From positions 21,723 through 85,722 of the forward strand of contig JAJEEU010000075.1 of NCBI GenBank assembly GCA_022820825.1: a stretch of 64,000 nucleotides of DNA, read 5' to 3'. Positions 55,171 to 64,000 of the stretch are shown piece by piece. Every line of letters starts with the position of its first letter. Position 1 is the first letter of the stretch. A model generated the notes under the pieces. That model was not told where the DNA came from. It was given only the letters and a program-made list of their open reading frames with translations, and searched no databases. The translations under genes and the position numbers were made by a program. The stretch is from Vicinamibacteria bacterium (GTDB lineage: Bacteria > Acidobacteriota > Vicinamibacteria > Vicinamibacterales > UBA8438).

Positions 55171-56535
55171 CTAGCCGCCGCGCCTCCGCAGCACAGCGGC
55201 GAAGAACGCCTCCAGCGCGTCGCGGTGCGGCAGGGTCCGCAACTGCCCCTGATCGTCAATCAACTGCGCCGGGACATCGCCCGCCGGCCTCTCCCGCGCG
55301 AAGGGTGCGCCGCCGGCCAGCAGGCGCTCCACGACCAGCTCGTTCTCTTCCGGCTCGCTGGAGCAGGTGGCGTAGATGAGCCGCCCGCCGGGGGCGACTA
55401 CCGCGGCCGCCGCGCGCAGCAGCGCCGCCTGGGTCGTTGCCAGCGCTGGCAGGTCGCCGGGCGCGCAGCGCCAGCGGATGTCCGGATCGCGCCTTATCGT
55501 CCCCACCCCCGAACAGGGCGCGTCGACGAGCACCCGGTCGAAAACGGGATCGAAGGGCAGCGTCTTGCCGGCATCGAGACGGACGACCCGTGCGCTCCGG
55601 CAGCCGCAGTCGGCAAGAATGCGCGCCAGCAGCGCGACGCGGGCCGGCCGCAGGTCGGCCGCGACGAGCAGGCCGCGGTCCGCCATGCCGCCCGCGATGG
55701 CCACCGTCTTGCCGCCGGGCGCCGCGCAGGCGTCGAGCACCCGCTGGCCGGGCCGCGCCGCCACGAGCTCCGCCACCAGTTGCGAGGCCGCGTCCTGCGC
55801 CAGAAACAGCCCCTGGCCGGCCAGGTCGGTGGCCAGTGGATTGCCCTGACGCACCACCAGCGTGCGGGACGACCAGCGTCCGGGCGCGACCGTGACGCCG
55901 CGCTCCGCGAGTTGCGCCGTCAAGGTCTCCACAGAGGTCTTGAGCGTGTTGACGCGCAGGGTGACGGGAGCGGGTTCGTTGTTGAAGGCGGTCCAGCGGT
56001 CGGCGGCCTCGAATCCGTAGCGGTCGAGCCAGCGTTCCACGAGCCAGCGCGGATGGGAGCGTGTGATGCTCAGGTACGCCAGAGCCCGTTCGCGATCGAT
56101 CGCGCCGGTCCCGGACGCCGCCGGACGGGCGGGCAGCGCGGCGAGCGCCGGGCGGTCGGCGAGGCCCCGCAATACCGCGTTGACGAACCCCGCGGCGCTG
56201 GTCTTCCGAACGCTGCGCGTGAGCGCGACGGCGTCGTCGACCGCCGCGTGGTCCGGCACGCGCTCCAGGTGCAGGATCTGGTGCCCCGCCGCGCGCAGGA
56301 TGTCGAGGACTTCGGGGTCGATGCGGTCCAGCCTGCGGGACGAGACGCGGGCCAGCAGGTGGTCGATGCGCGCACGCCAGCGCAGGGCGCCGGAGGCGAT
56401 CTCGGCGGCGAGGGCGCGGTCGCGCGGGTCGTCCAGCGAGCGCATCGCCCGCGCCTGCGCGGTCGCCAGGTCGAACCGCCCGGAATGCACGTCGCGGAGC
56501 ACGCGGTACGCCGCGGCGCGCGCCGGGGCTGTCAT
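55171..56535 (-). CDS. rsmB: 16S rRNA (cytosine967-C5)-methyltransferase RsmB
   Basis: NusB-like N-domain followed by a SAM-MTase with ...DACAAPGGKT... and ...DAPCSGVGTIRR.PD.... Sits in the conserved position next to fmt. Confidence 0.9.
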   Translation of the reverse strand: MTAPARAAAYRVLRDVHSGRFDLATAQARAMRSLDDPRDRALAAEIASGALRWRARIDHLLARVSSRRLDRIDPEVLDILRAAGHQILHLERVPDHAAVDDAVALTRSVRKTSAAGFVNAVLRGLADRPALAALPARPAASGTGAIDRERALAYLSITRSHPRWLVERWLDRYGFEAADRWTAFNNEPAPVTLRVNTLKTSVETLTAQLAERGVTVAPGRWSSRTLVVRQGNPLATDLAGQGLFLAQDAASQLVAELVAARPGQRVLDACAAPGGKTVAIAGGMADRGLLVAADLRPARVALLARILADCGCRSARVVRLDAGKTLPFDPVFDRVLVDAPCSGVGTIRRDPDIRWRCAPGDLPALATTQAALLRAAAAVVAPGGRLIYATCSSEPEENELVVERLLAGGAPFARERPAGDVPAQLIDDQGQLRTLPHRDALEAFFAAVLRRRGG

Positions 56536-57491
56536 GGCCGGTCGAACAATGCTCCCGGCGCGATGGGGTGGCCGGCCAGGAATGCGCGCACCGGCAACGG
56601 GCGCCCGCCTTCCGGCTGGATCTCGAGGATGGACAGCGCCGTGTGGCCGCCGGCCGCGACCACGAGGCGCCCGCCAGCCGCCGCGATCACCTGTCCCGGA
56701 CTGGCGGCAGCCGCGCCCGCAGCGGCGTCCGGCGGCCCGGCCGGCGCGGTGCGGTGGATGAGGTAGCGCGCGCCGTTCAGACGGCAGGACGCGCGGGGCC
56801 AGGGGTGGAGCCCGCGGACCTGGTTGTGCAGGTCGGGCGCGGGGCGGCTCCAGTCCATGACGCCGTCCTCCCGGGTCAGCCGCGGCGCGAATGTGGCCCC
56901 GGCGTGATCCTGCGCCTCTTCGACAGCGCGGCCGAGGTCGAGGTCGTCCACGGCGTGCAGCAGCTCGCCGGCGCCGAGCTCGGCGAGCTTGTGGTCCAGC
57001 GTCGCGCTGGTATCGTCGTCCGCAATCGGCAGCGCCGCGCGCCGCAGCATCGGACCGGCGTCCATTTCCCGCACGAGCCGGATGATCGTGACGCCGGTCT
57101 CGGTGTCGCCGGCCATGACCGCGCGATGAATCGGGGACGCGCCGCGGTACTTCGGCAGCAGCGAGGCGTGCACGTTGATCATGCCCAGGCGGGGGAGCGC
57201 CAGCAGCGCGTCCGGCAACAGCCGGCCGTAGGCGGCTACCACGCCCAGGTCCGGCGCCAGCGCTGCCAGCGCCTGCATGAATGTCGGGTCCTTCATGCGC
57301 TCGGGCTGCAGCACCGGCAGGCCGTTGGCGGCCGCGAGCTGCTTGACCGGCGACTCCGACACGCGGCGCCCCCGCCCGCGGGGGCGGTCCGGCTGCGTGA
57401 CGGCCGCAACGACGGGGTGCTGGGAGGCGAGCAGCGCCTGCAGCGTCGGCACCGCGAACGCCGGCGTGCCGAAGAACGCAATTCTCACCAT
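56532..57491 (-). CDS. fmt: methionyl-tRNA formyltransferase
   Basis: IAFFGTP.FAVP.L..L, HASLLPKYRGASPI and a C-terminal OB-like domain. Overlaps def and rsmB. Confidence 0.95.
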   Translation of the reverse strand: MVRIAFFGTPAFAVPTLQALLASQHPVVAAVTQPDRPRGRGRRVSESPVKQLAAANGLPVLQPERMKDPTFMQALAALAPDLGVVAAYGRLLPDALLALPRLGMINVHASLLPKYRGASPIHRAVMAGDTETGVTIIRLVREMDAGPMLRRAALPIADDDTSATLDHKLAELGAGELLHAVDDLDLGRAVEEAQDHAGATFAPRLTREDGVMDWSRPAPDLHNQVRGLHPWPRASCRLNGARYLIHRTAPAGPPDAAAGAAAASPGQVIAAAGGRLVVAAGGHTALSILEIQPEGGRPLPVRAFLAGHPIAPGALFDRP

Positions 57492-57997
57492 TTTCCGGAG
57501 CGTCTCAGCTTCTTGACCCGGCGGATGATCGACTCGCGCCGCAGGCCGCGCAAACGATCGACGAACAGCCGGCCTTCCACGTGGTCGAGCTCGTGCTCGA
57601 ACGCCCGGGCGGTCAGCCCGGTGCCCTCCACCTCGTGCGGGCGGCCCGTGCGGTCGAGACCGCGCACGACCGTGCGTTCGGGCCGGGGGACCAGGGCTTC
57701 GAAGCCGGGCAGGCTCAGGCAGCCTTCCTCATGGTTCTGCATGCCGTCCGCGACCACCAGCTCCGGATTGATCATGACTACCAGGTCATCCGGGTTGCGG
57801 CCCGAGGAAACGTCGGTGACGAAGATGCGCAGGTCGATGCCGATCTGCGGCGCGGCAAGGCCGATGCCGGGCGCGGCGTACATCGTGTCGATCATGTCGT
57901 CGATGAGCGCGTCGATCTCCGGCGTGAGCGCTTCGACGGGGGCCGCCGGCCGGTGCAGCACCGCCTCGCCGTAGCGTTTGATCGGCCGGAGCGCCAC
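57485..57997 (-). CDS. def: peptide deformylase
   Basis: The three PDF motifs are present: GIGLAAPQIG, EGCLS and HELDH. 170 aa. Confidence 0.95.
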   Translation of the reverse strand: MALRPIKRYGEAVLHRPAAPVEALTPEIDALIDDMIDTMYAAPGIGLAAPQIGIDLRIFVTDVSSGRNPDDLVVMINPELVVADGMQNHEEGCLSLPGFEALVPRPERTVVRGLDRTGRPHEVEGTGLTARAFEHELDHVEGRLFVDRLRGLRRESIIRRVKKLRRSGKW

Positions 57998-57999
57998 TG

Positions 58000-58467
58000 T
58001 TATTCGACGGTGAAGGTGCCGGTCGCGGTGCGCCCGCCGTCGGCGCGGCGGTGGCGCTCACCAGGAGTGTCGCCGACGGTGAACTCGAACGTGCCGGTGC
58101 GGATCGGCGTGAAGCTGAACTGCGCCGTGCCGCCGACGTCGAACTCGATGCCGCGGAACGCCAGGGCCTGCAGGTGAACCTCGATGCCGTTGATGGTGAC
58201 AATGCGCAGGTGGGAGTTGCGCAGCAGCTCGTCCACCTCCAGGCGCCATGTCTCGACGCCGTCGCTCGTGACGTTCAGCCGGTAGTACTCGCCGGTTGTC
58301 AGCTCGAACGCGGCGGTCGAGAGCAGCGGGCCGTCCGCGCCCGTCGTGATTTCCAGATGGATGTCGAGCGGCGGTCCGGCGGCCAGGTTGCCGCCCACTT
58401 GCGCGGGCGCGGCGGCAGGCCACAGCGCCAGGCCGCAGGTGGTGATAACGATGTTCCGCAGCAGCAT
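58000..58467 (-). CDS. secreted hypothetical protein (beta-sandwich-like), first gene of the def-fmt string
   Basis: ATG at 58467. Signal peptide (ITTCGLALWPAAAPAQ) and alternating beta pattern. The stop lies 2 nt before the def start. No family recognised. Confidence 0.5.
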   Translation of the reverse strand: MLLRNIVITTCGLALWPAAAPAQVGGNLAAGPPLDIHLEITTGADGPLLSTAAFELTTGEYYRLNVTSDGVETWRLEVDELLRNSHLRIVTINGIEVHLQALAFRGIEFDVGGTAQFSFTPIRTGTFEFTVGDTPGERHRRADGGRTATGTFTVE

Positions 58468-58543
58468 GGGTGTGGTTATACTCGAACCTCGCCCGGCGGG
58501 CCAACGGCTGCGGCGGAACCGGCATTCGACGGAGGACGGCGCA

Positions 58544-60193
58544 ATGATCCCTGGAACGTATCGATTGACGCGCGGGGTGCCGGCAATCCTGTGCGCGGCG
58601 GCGGCCGCGGCGGCGTGCGGAGATGCGGGGCCGCCGAAGGCCACTGACGGGCAGCCGGAGGCGGCCGTAACGGTTGACGGCGGCCTGGTCGCCGGCGTTC
58701 CGGGCGCGGGCGGCGGGCCGGTACGCATGTACGGATCTATTCCCTATGCCGCGGCCCCGGTCGGGGACCGCCGCTGGCTGCCTCCGCAGCCGGTCGAGGC
58801 GTGGGACGGGGTGCGCGACGGCTCGCAACTGCCGCCCGCCTGCCCGCAGGGCATCCTGCCGGTACCGCCTGGAGAGCAGGGGTTCTTCGGTCCGGGAGCG
58901 ACTCGCCAGGACGAGGACTGCCTGTACCTGAACGTCTGGTCGGCCGCAGCGCCCGGCGCCGCCGCGCCGGTGATGGTCTGGATTCACGGCGGGGGGCTCC
59001 GCATGGGCGACAGCGCCGAGGTGGCGTTCGACGGTTCCGCGCTCGCATCCCGCGGCGTCGTGGTGGTGACGATCAACTACCGCCTGGGCGCGCTCGGTTA
59101 TCTGGCCCACCCGCTGCTGCGCGAGGAGTCGGCCAACGGTGCTTCCGGCAATTACGGTCTGCTCGACCAGGTCGCCGCGCTCGAGTGGGTGCAGCGCAAC
59201 ATCGCCGCCTTCGGGGGCGACCCGCGGCGGGTCACCATCTTCGGAGAGTCGGCCGGCTCGTGGAGCATCAACTACCTGATGGCTACGCCGCTGGCGGAGG
59301 GGCTGTTCGCCGGCGCCATCGGGCAGAGCGGCGGCGTGTTCGCGCCCGGCGCAGGCGCGGCGCCGCGGGCGGTGGCGGAGGCGGCGGGCGAAGAGATCGC
59401 GGCGGCGGCGCTGGGGGACGGCGGGGAGGTGTCGCTGGAGGCGCTCCGCGCACTGCCCGCCGCGGACGTCGTGGCGGCGGACGCGGGGCGGGCGCTGGTC
59501 AACATCGACGGCTGGGTGCTGCACGACAGCGTCGACGCGATCTTCGCCAACGGCGCCCAGCACGACGTGCCGGTCATCCTGGGGGCGAACGCCGACGAGG
59601 GGACGGCGCTGGCGCGCTACTCCGGCGGCCCGGAGCTGGGCTCGGTGGCCGAGTACGAGGATTGGGCGCGCGGCGAATACGGCGATCTGGCCGACCAGTT
59701 CCTGGCGGCATATCCCGCGGAGTCCGATGAGGACGCAAGCGCGCGCGTGATCGACAGCGCCGGCGACGGTCGGTTCAACTGGGAGATGCGCACCTGGGCG
59801 CGGATGATGGAGACGGTTCCCGCGCCGGCCTGGCTCTATTTCTTCTCGCGCGTGCCGCCGGCGCCCGACGCGGCGCGCTACGGCGCCTACCACACGGCGG
59901 AGATTCCATACGTATTCGGCAACCTGGCCGGCGGCAGCCGCTACTGGTTCGCAAACCGGGACTACGACGATACGGACCGCGGCCTGTCGGACATGATGTC
60001 CTCCTACTGGATCAACTTCGCGGCGACCGGCAACCCGAACGGCGACGGCCTGCCGGAATGGCCCGTGTACGCGCGCGACACTGAGCACGTGCTGGAGTTT
60101 GGCGATACGGTGCAGTTGCGGCAGGGAGTGCGCGCCCGGCGCCTCGATTTCTTCGACCGGCTCTACGCCGCGCAGCGGGCCGCAACCAACTGA
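58544..60193 (+). CDS. carboxylesterase type B (para-nitrobenzyl esterase-like)
   Basis: EDCLYLNVW, oxyanion WIHGGG, nucleophile FGESAGS, with a lipoprotein-like N-terminus (AAAAAACG). Confidence 0.9.
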   Translation: MIPGTYRLTRGVPAILCAAAAAAACGDAGPPKATDGQPEAAVTVDGGLVAGVPGAGGGPVRMYGSIPYAAAPVGDRRWLPPQPVEAWDGVRDGSQLPPACPQGILPVPPGEQGFFGPGATRQDEDCLYLNVWSAAAPGAAAPVMVWIHGGGLRMGDSAEVAFDGSALASRGVVVVTINYRLGALGYLAHPLLREESANGASGNYGLLDQVAALEWVQRNIAAFGGDPRRVTIFGESAGSWSINYLMATPLAEGLFAGAIGQSGGVFAPGAGAAPRAVAEAAGEEIAAAALGDGGEVSLEALRALPAADVVAADAGRALVNIDGWVLHDSVDAIFANGAQHDVPVILGANADEGTALARYSGGPELGSVAEYEDWARGEYGDLADQFLAAYPAESDEDASARVIDSAGDGRFNWEMRTWARMMETVPAPAWLYFFSRVPPAPDAARYGAYHTAEIPYVFGNLAGGSRYWFANRDYDDTDRGLSDMMSSYWINFAATGNPNGDGLPEWPVYARDTEHVLEFGDTVQLRQGVRARRLDFFDRLYAAQRAATN

Positions 60194-60330
60194 CCGCGCG
60201 GCCCCATCCAACAAATGCCAGCGCCGGTCGCCCCGCCAGCGCAGGGAATTCCCGACTGAATCGGTCGATTGACCGCAATGCCCTTCCGCGCACCGCCGCT
60301 GTCGCGGCCGGTCCGTGCGGAGATCGAACA

Positions 60331-60346
60331 AGGCCGGGATCTTGCA
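60331..60346 (+). promoter_or_regulatory. weak sigma-54-type -24/-12 promoter candidate
   Basis: aGGCCG-GGATC-TTGCA has the correct GG-N10-GC spacing and a perfect TTGCA -12 element. It lies only ~12 nt upstream of the earliest possible start of the activator gene. Confidence 0.2.
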
Positions 60347-60357
60347 GATGCCGGCGC

Positions 60358-62223
60358 GTGGCTGCGGCGAGCGGGACCCGTCCGGCAGGGGACGACGACG
60401 CACGTGTCGCGCGCGCCCGAACGCGTGTGGCGGGCGCCCTTGCCGTCGCCGCGCGCGGCCGCTACGCGTCGGCGGAGCGGATGCTGCGCGACGCGCTCGG
60501 CGTGCTGGAGCGCCGGCAGCGCTATGCGGGGGCTGCCCGGGCGGCGGCCACGCTGGGACTGTTGCTGCGGGAACGGGGCCAGACGGCGCGCGCCGGCGAG
60601 GCGCTGCAGCAGGCGCGTCTGTTGTTCGATACCGCGCGCGCCGGAACGGCGGACGGCCCGACCGACACCCTCGGGGGCGCAGAGCAGGAGGACTACCGGG
60701 CCGCCAGCGCCTTGCTGCATTTCCCCGGCGCGCAGCCCGCTCCGTCCCGGCCGCCTGCGCCGCAGCCCGGCGTCCTGCTGGACCGCGTGGCGGGCGATCT
60801 CGTGAATGTCGTGCGGGCGGTCGAGACGGCGTCACGGGAAGATGCGCCGGCGCGCCTGTGTCGCGTGTTGCGTGAACAACTGGAAGCGCAGGGAGTGGCG
60901 GCCTATCGTCTCGACCAGCCGCCAACGCAGGTGGCGGCCGCCGGCGAGGCGGACCGGCGCCTGCCTGCCGCCCTGCAGGCCGCCCTCGAGGACGGGCGCA
61001 CCGTGCCGCTGGCCGCGGCCGGCCGGCAATGCCACATGGCCGTTCCGATTCAGTGGGGTACGAGGCCCGTCGGCGCCCTCATCGTGCGCTGGGCATGCCC
61101 TCCGGCGTACGTCGACCGGCCGGTTGCCGTCGCCCGCGTCGCCGCCGCCCTCCTCGAATCGGAGTTCCAGGAACGTCGCGCCGCCATGTCCGACGACGCG
61201 GATTCCGGGGACGTCCCCGGGCTGCTGGGACGCAGCGCGGAAATGTCGGCGCTGCGCGCAGCCATCGCCCGCGCGGCCGACACGCCCTATCCGGTTCTCA
61301 TCGAGGGCGAGACCGGCACCGGGAAGGAGCTGGTAGCGCGCGCTCTGCACCGGCTGGGGCCGCGGCGGGCGCACGCGTTCTGCGCGGTCAACTGCGCCGC
61401 GCTGACCGACGAGCTGTTCGAAGCCGAGCTGTTCGGGCACGGCCGCGGCGCGTTTACCGGCGCGGTGAGCGACCGCGCGGGCCTCGTGGAGGCCGCCGAT
61501 CGCGGCACGCTGTTCCTGGACGAGGTGGGCGAGCTGTCGGCGCGCGCACAGGCCAAGCTGTTGCGCGTCGTGCAGGAAGGGGAGATCCGGAGGGTCGGCG
61601 AGAACACCGTTCGGCGCGTCGACGTGCGCCTGCTGGCGGCCACCAACCGCAATCTGGCGGTCGAGACGGCGGCGGGCCGGTTCCGGGAGGACCTGCTGTT
61701 CAGGATCGCCGTTGTCTGCGTGCCGGTTCCGCCGCTCCGCGAGCGGGCCGGCGATGTCGAGCTGCTGGCGCGCCATTTCTGGGCCAGGGAGCAGGGGCGC
61801 GCCGGGAAGCGGGCGGCGCTCGGGCCACAGGCGCTGGCGGCGCTGCGGCGGTATCACTGGCCGGGCAACGTACGCGAATTGCAGAACGTGACGGCGCGCA
61901 TGGTCGTGGCCGCCCCGCGGCGGGGCTGCGTGGGACCGGATGCGCTGCCGGCCGCGATCCGCGCCTGCGCCGACACCGTGCCGGAGACGCTGGCCGACGC
62001 GCGGCTGGCCTTCGAGCGGCGCTTCGTGCGGTCCGCGCTCGCCCGCAACGGCGGCCGGCCGGGCGCGGCGGCCGAGGAGCTGGGATTGTCGCGGCAGGGA
62101 CTGTCCAAGCTGCTGAAGCGGATCGCGCTCGACGACACGGACGCGCCGGTGTCCCGGGCCGGGTTACAATCGCTGGACGCCAATCGATCGGCAAGCGATG
62201 AACGGGAGCAGGGATCCACGTAG
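60358..62223 (+). CDS. sigma-54-dependent transcriptional activator (bEBP) with TPR/GAF-like N-terminal sensory region
   Basis: AAA+ core with Walker A GETGTGKE, the sigma-54 contact loop GAFTGA, and Walker B LFLDEV. C-terminal Fis-type HTH (AAEELGLSRQGLSKLLKR). No receiver domain. Confidence 0.85.
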   Translation: MAAASGTRPAGDDDARVARARTRVAGALAVAARGRYASAERMLRDALGVLERRQRYAGAARAAATLGLLLRERGQTARAGEALQQARLLFDTARAGTADGPTDTLGGAEQEDYRAASALLHFPGAQPAPSRPPAPQPGVLLDRVAGDLVNVVRAVETASREDAPARLCRVLREQLEAQGVAAYRLDQPPTQVAAAGEADRRLPAALQAALEDGRTVPLAAAGRQCHMAVPIQWGTRPVGALIVRWACPPAYVDRPVAVARVAAALLESEFQERRAAMSDDADSGDVPGLLGRSAEMSALRAAIARAADTPYPVLIEGETGTGKELVARALHRLGPRRAHAFCAVNCAALTDELFEAELFGHGRGAFTGAVSDRAGLVEAADRGTLFLDEVGELSARAQAKLLRVVQEGEIRRVGENTVRRVDVRLLAATNRNLAVETAAGRFREDLLFRIAVVCVPVPPLRERAGDVELLARHFWAREQGRAGKRAALGPQALAALRRYHWPGNVRELQNVTARMVVAAPRRGCVGPDALPAAIRACADTVPETLADARLAFERRFVRSALARNGGRPGAAAEELGLSRQGLSKLLKRIALDDTDAPVSRAGLQSLDANRSASDEREQGST

Positions 62224-62227
62224 CGTG

Positions 62228-63061
62228 ATGCGCGCGCTGTTTGCCGCCGGCGCCGGCGGGGCGCTGGTGCTGGCGGCGGCCGGTCGCGCGCCGGCACAGG
62301 AAACCAAGCTCGACGCCCCGCGGCCGCATGCGATCGGCCAGAGCGTGAGCCCGTCGTTCGAGGGGTGGTACGAGAACCCGGACGGCAGCTTCAGCATCGT
62401 GTTCGGCTATTTCAACCGGAACTTCGAGGAGCACCTGGACATTCCGGTCGGTCCCGACAACCGGATCGAGCCGGGGCCGGCGGACCGCGGGCAGCCCACG
62501 CACTTCCTGCCGCGGCGGCACACGGGCGTGTTCGCCATTCGGGTGCCGGCCGACTTCGGCGAGCAGGAGCTCACATGGTCGCTGACCGCGCACGGCCGGA
62601 CGATTGCCATTCCGGGCAGCCTCCGGCCGGCGTGGCGCATCGACGCGCTCAGGGAAGTGACCAACGGGAACACGCCTCCCGAGCTGCGATTGGCGCCCGG
62701 CGGGGAGCCGGGGCAGGGTCCGGCCGGCGTGGCGACCCGCATCTCGGCCGCGCCGTCGCGGCCCGTCGAGTTGTCCGTCTGGACGACCGACGACGGCCTG
62801 AGCCGCACGCGAGGTTCCATTCGGACCCCGCCCGGCGTGGCCTGGAGCAAGTATCGCGGTCCCGGCGCCGTCACGTTCGCAGAGGTGCAACCCCCGCTCG
62901 ACGAGGACGGACACGCGGTGACGCAGGCGACGTTCGGCGCGCCGGGCGAGTACACTCTGCGCGTGCTCGCCTGGGACGAGTCGGGCGCCCAGCGGGCCGT
63001 GATGGCCGGGGGCTTCTTCTGCTGCTGGACCAACGGATACGTAACGGTGGACGTACGGTAG
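62228..63061 (+). CDS. secreted hypothetical protein
   Basis: Signal peptide MRALFAAGAGGALVLAAAGRAPAQE, beta-rich, ending ...FFCCWTNGYVTVDVR. The start is either ATG 62228, just after the activator stop, or ATG 62198, overlapping it. Confidence 0.55.
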   Translation: MRALFAAGAGGALVLAAAGRAPAQETKLDAPRPHAIGQSVSPSFEGWYENPDGSFSIVFGYFNRNFEEHLDIPVGPDNRIEPGPADRGQPTHFLPRRHTGVFAIRVPADFGEQELTWSLTAHGRTIAIPGSLRPAWRIDALREVTNGNTPPELRLAPGGEPGQGPAGVATRISAAPSRPVELSVWTTDDGLSRTRGSIRTPPGVAWSKYRGPGAVTFAEVQPPLDEDGHAVTQATFGAPGEYTLRVLAWDESGAQRAVMAGGFFCCWTNGYVTVDVR

Positions 63062-63071
63062 GAGGGTTACG

Positions 63072-64000
63072 ATGCTGATGGGCAACACGACGTGCCGGCG
63101 GATGGGCGGGGCCGGTTTCGCGGCCGCGTTCCTGCTGTCTTCGGCGTTGGCCGCGTCTGCGCAGGAGGAGGTGACGTTCACGCGGGACGTAGCGCCGATC
63201 CTGCAGCAGCGTTGCCAGACCTGCCACCGGACGGGCCAGATGGCGCCGATGTCGCTCGTCACCTACGACGAGGTGCGCCCCTGGGCGCGGGCCATTCGCA
63301 GCAACGTGGCCGAGCGCTCGATGCCGCCGTGGCACATCGACAAGACCATCGGCATCCAGGAGTTCGACAACGACATATCGCTGAGTGAAGCCGAGATCGA
63401 CACCGTCTTGCGCTGGGTGGACGCGGGCGCGCCGCGCGGCAATCCCGCCGACATGCCGCCGCCGATCGACTGGCCGTCCGACGAGATCTGGCGCCTGGAG
63501 GAGCGCTACGGCCGCCCTCCGGATCTGGTCGTCAGCTCGCCGCCGTGGACGCAGGCGGCCGAGGGGCAGGACCAGTGGTGGCAGCCGATGGTCGAGACCG
63601 GGCTGACCGAGGACCGCTGGGCCACCGGCATCGAGATTCGGCCGACGGTCGAGGCGCGGCGCGTCACCCACCACTCCAACGTCTACCTGCAGCAGGAAGA
63701 GGAGCCGGGGGACCACGTATCCGTCGTCGACGTCACGCCGCGCGGCAGCTACTTCAGCGAGTTCGCCATCGGCAAGATCGGCGACGTCTTCCGCGAGAAC
63801 ACCGGCAAGCTGGTGAAAGCCGGCTCGCGGTTCACGTTCGACAACCACTACCACTCGGTCGGCGAGGAAGTGACGGCGCAGACCGACGTGGGCGTCTGGT
63901 TCTATCCGCGCGGGGTGGTGCCGAAGTACCGGGTCTACGGCCAGGCGATGGGCGCGCGCCAGTCGCAGCGCGACATGGATCTGCCGCCCGGGGTGGAGAC
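63072..64000 (+). CDS. secreted cytochrome-c-domain protein with downstream His clusters (3' end outside window)
   Basis: Not in the ORF track because there is no stop before the window end. ATG at 63072 with GGAGGG upstream. Signal peptide. FTRDVAPILQQRCQTCHRTGQMAPMSL...RPWA...MPPW is a CxxCH haem motif in a Planctomycete-type cytochrome c context. THH and NHYH clusters occur later. Confidence 0.7.
   Translation, partial: MLMGNTTCRRMGGAGFAAAFLLSSALAASAQEEVTFTRDVAPILQQRCQTCHRTGQMAPMSLVTYDEVRPWARAIRSNVAERSMPPWHIDKTIGIQEFDNDISLSEAEIDTVLRWVDAGAPRGNPADMPPPIDWPSDEIWRLEERYGRPPDLVVSSPPWTQAAEGQDQWWQPMVETGLTEDRWATGIEIRPTVEARRVTHHSNVYLQQEEEPGDHVSVVDVTPRGSYFSEFAIGKIGDVFRENTGKLVKAGSRFTFDNHYHSVGEEVTAQTDVGVWFYPRGVVPKYRVYGQAMGARQSQRDMDLPPGVE

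Overview
This is a 64-kb high-GC chromosomal segment from a diderm bacterium, judged from its BamD, TolC-type, Tsx-type and TonB-dependent outer-membrane proteins. The taxon cannot be assigned from the sequence alone. I found no rRNA, CRISPR array, transposase, integrase or reverse transcriptase. I can support about 60 protein-coding genes, two tRNAs (Phe-GAA at 7691-7766 and Gly-CCC at 48235-48309), one prophage-gene fragment and five copies of an intergenic structured repeat / MITE-like family. Several starts were re-chosen by reading the sequence, because many ORF-track starts are GTG/TTG or lie too far upstream. Gene content from left to right: (1) ClC channel fragment, cytochrome c, VKOR, CMD-like lipoprotein, 2H phosphoesterase, S9 peptidase, hisC and pruA. 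(2) tRNA-Phe followed by a ~3.4-kb lower-GC islet holding a portal-protein remnant, a wHTH protein and a DUF3800 protein. (3) EVE protein, recQ, Tsx-like porin, and a circularly permuted ATP-grasp plus alpha-E pair. (4) An RsbU/RsbW/RsbV-type partner-switching module. (5) A VOC/GMC/Gfo oxidoreductase operon. (6) Two tandem secreted paralogs and a PQQ dehydrogenase. (7) A rhodanese / M20 amidohydrolase / ATP-grasp-like / bactofilin string. (8) A ~14-kb metal-handling block with two TonB-dependent receptors, a ZIP-like permease, a His-rich protein, CzcD and CzcCBA. (9) prpE, tRNA-Gly, sugar-nucleotide genes and pgsA. (10) A long translationally coupled operon, bamD ... rpe-PASTA-rsmB-fmt-def. 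(11) A carboxylesterase, then a sigma-54 activator with two secreted or redox proteins. I found no unambiguous new system. The best candidates for a second look are the mirror-symmetric, regulator-less metal block with its palindromic operator-like site, the undescribed repeat family (which brackets one gene and donates stop codons to two others), the bactofilin/ATP-grasp/M20/rhodanese string, the tandem secreted paralogs, and the tRNA-Phe islet cargo. All family assignments come from motif recognition by eye and need HMM or BLAST confirmation.
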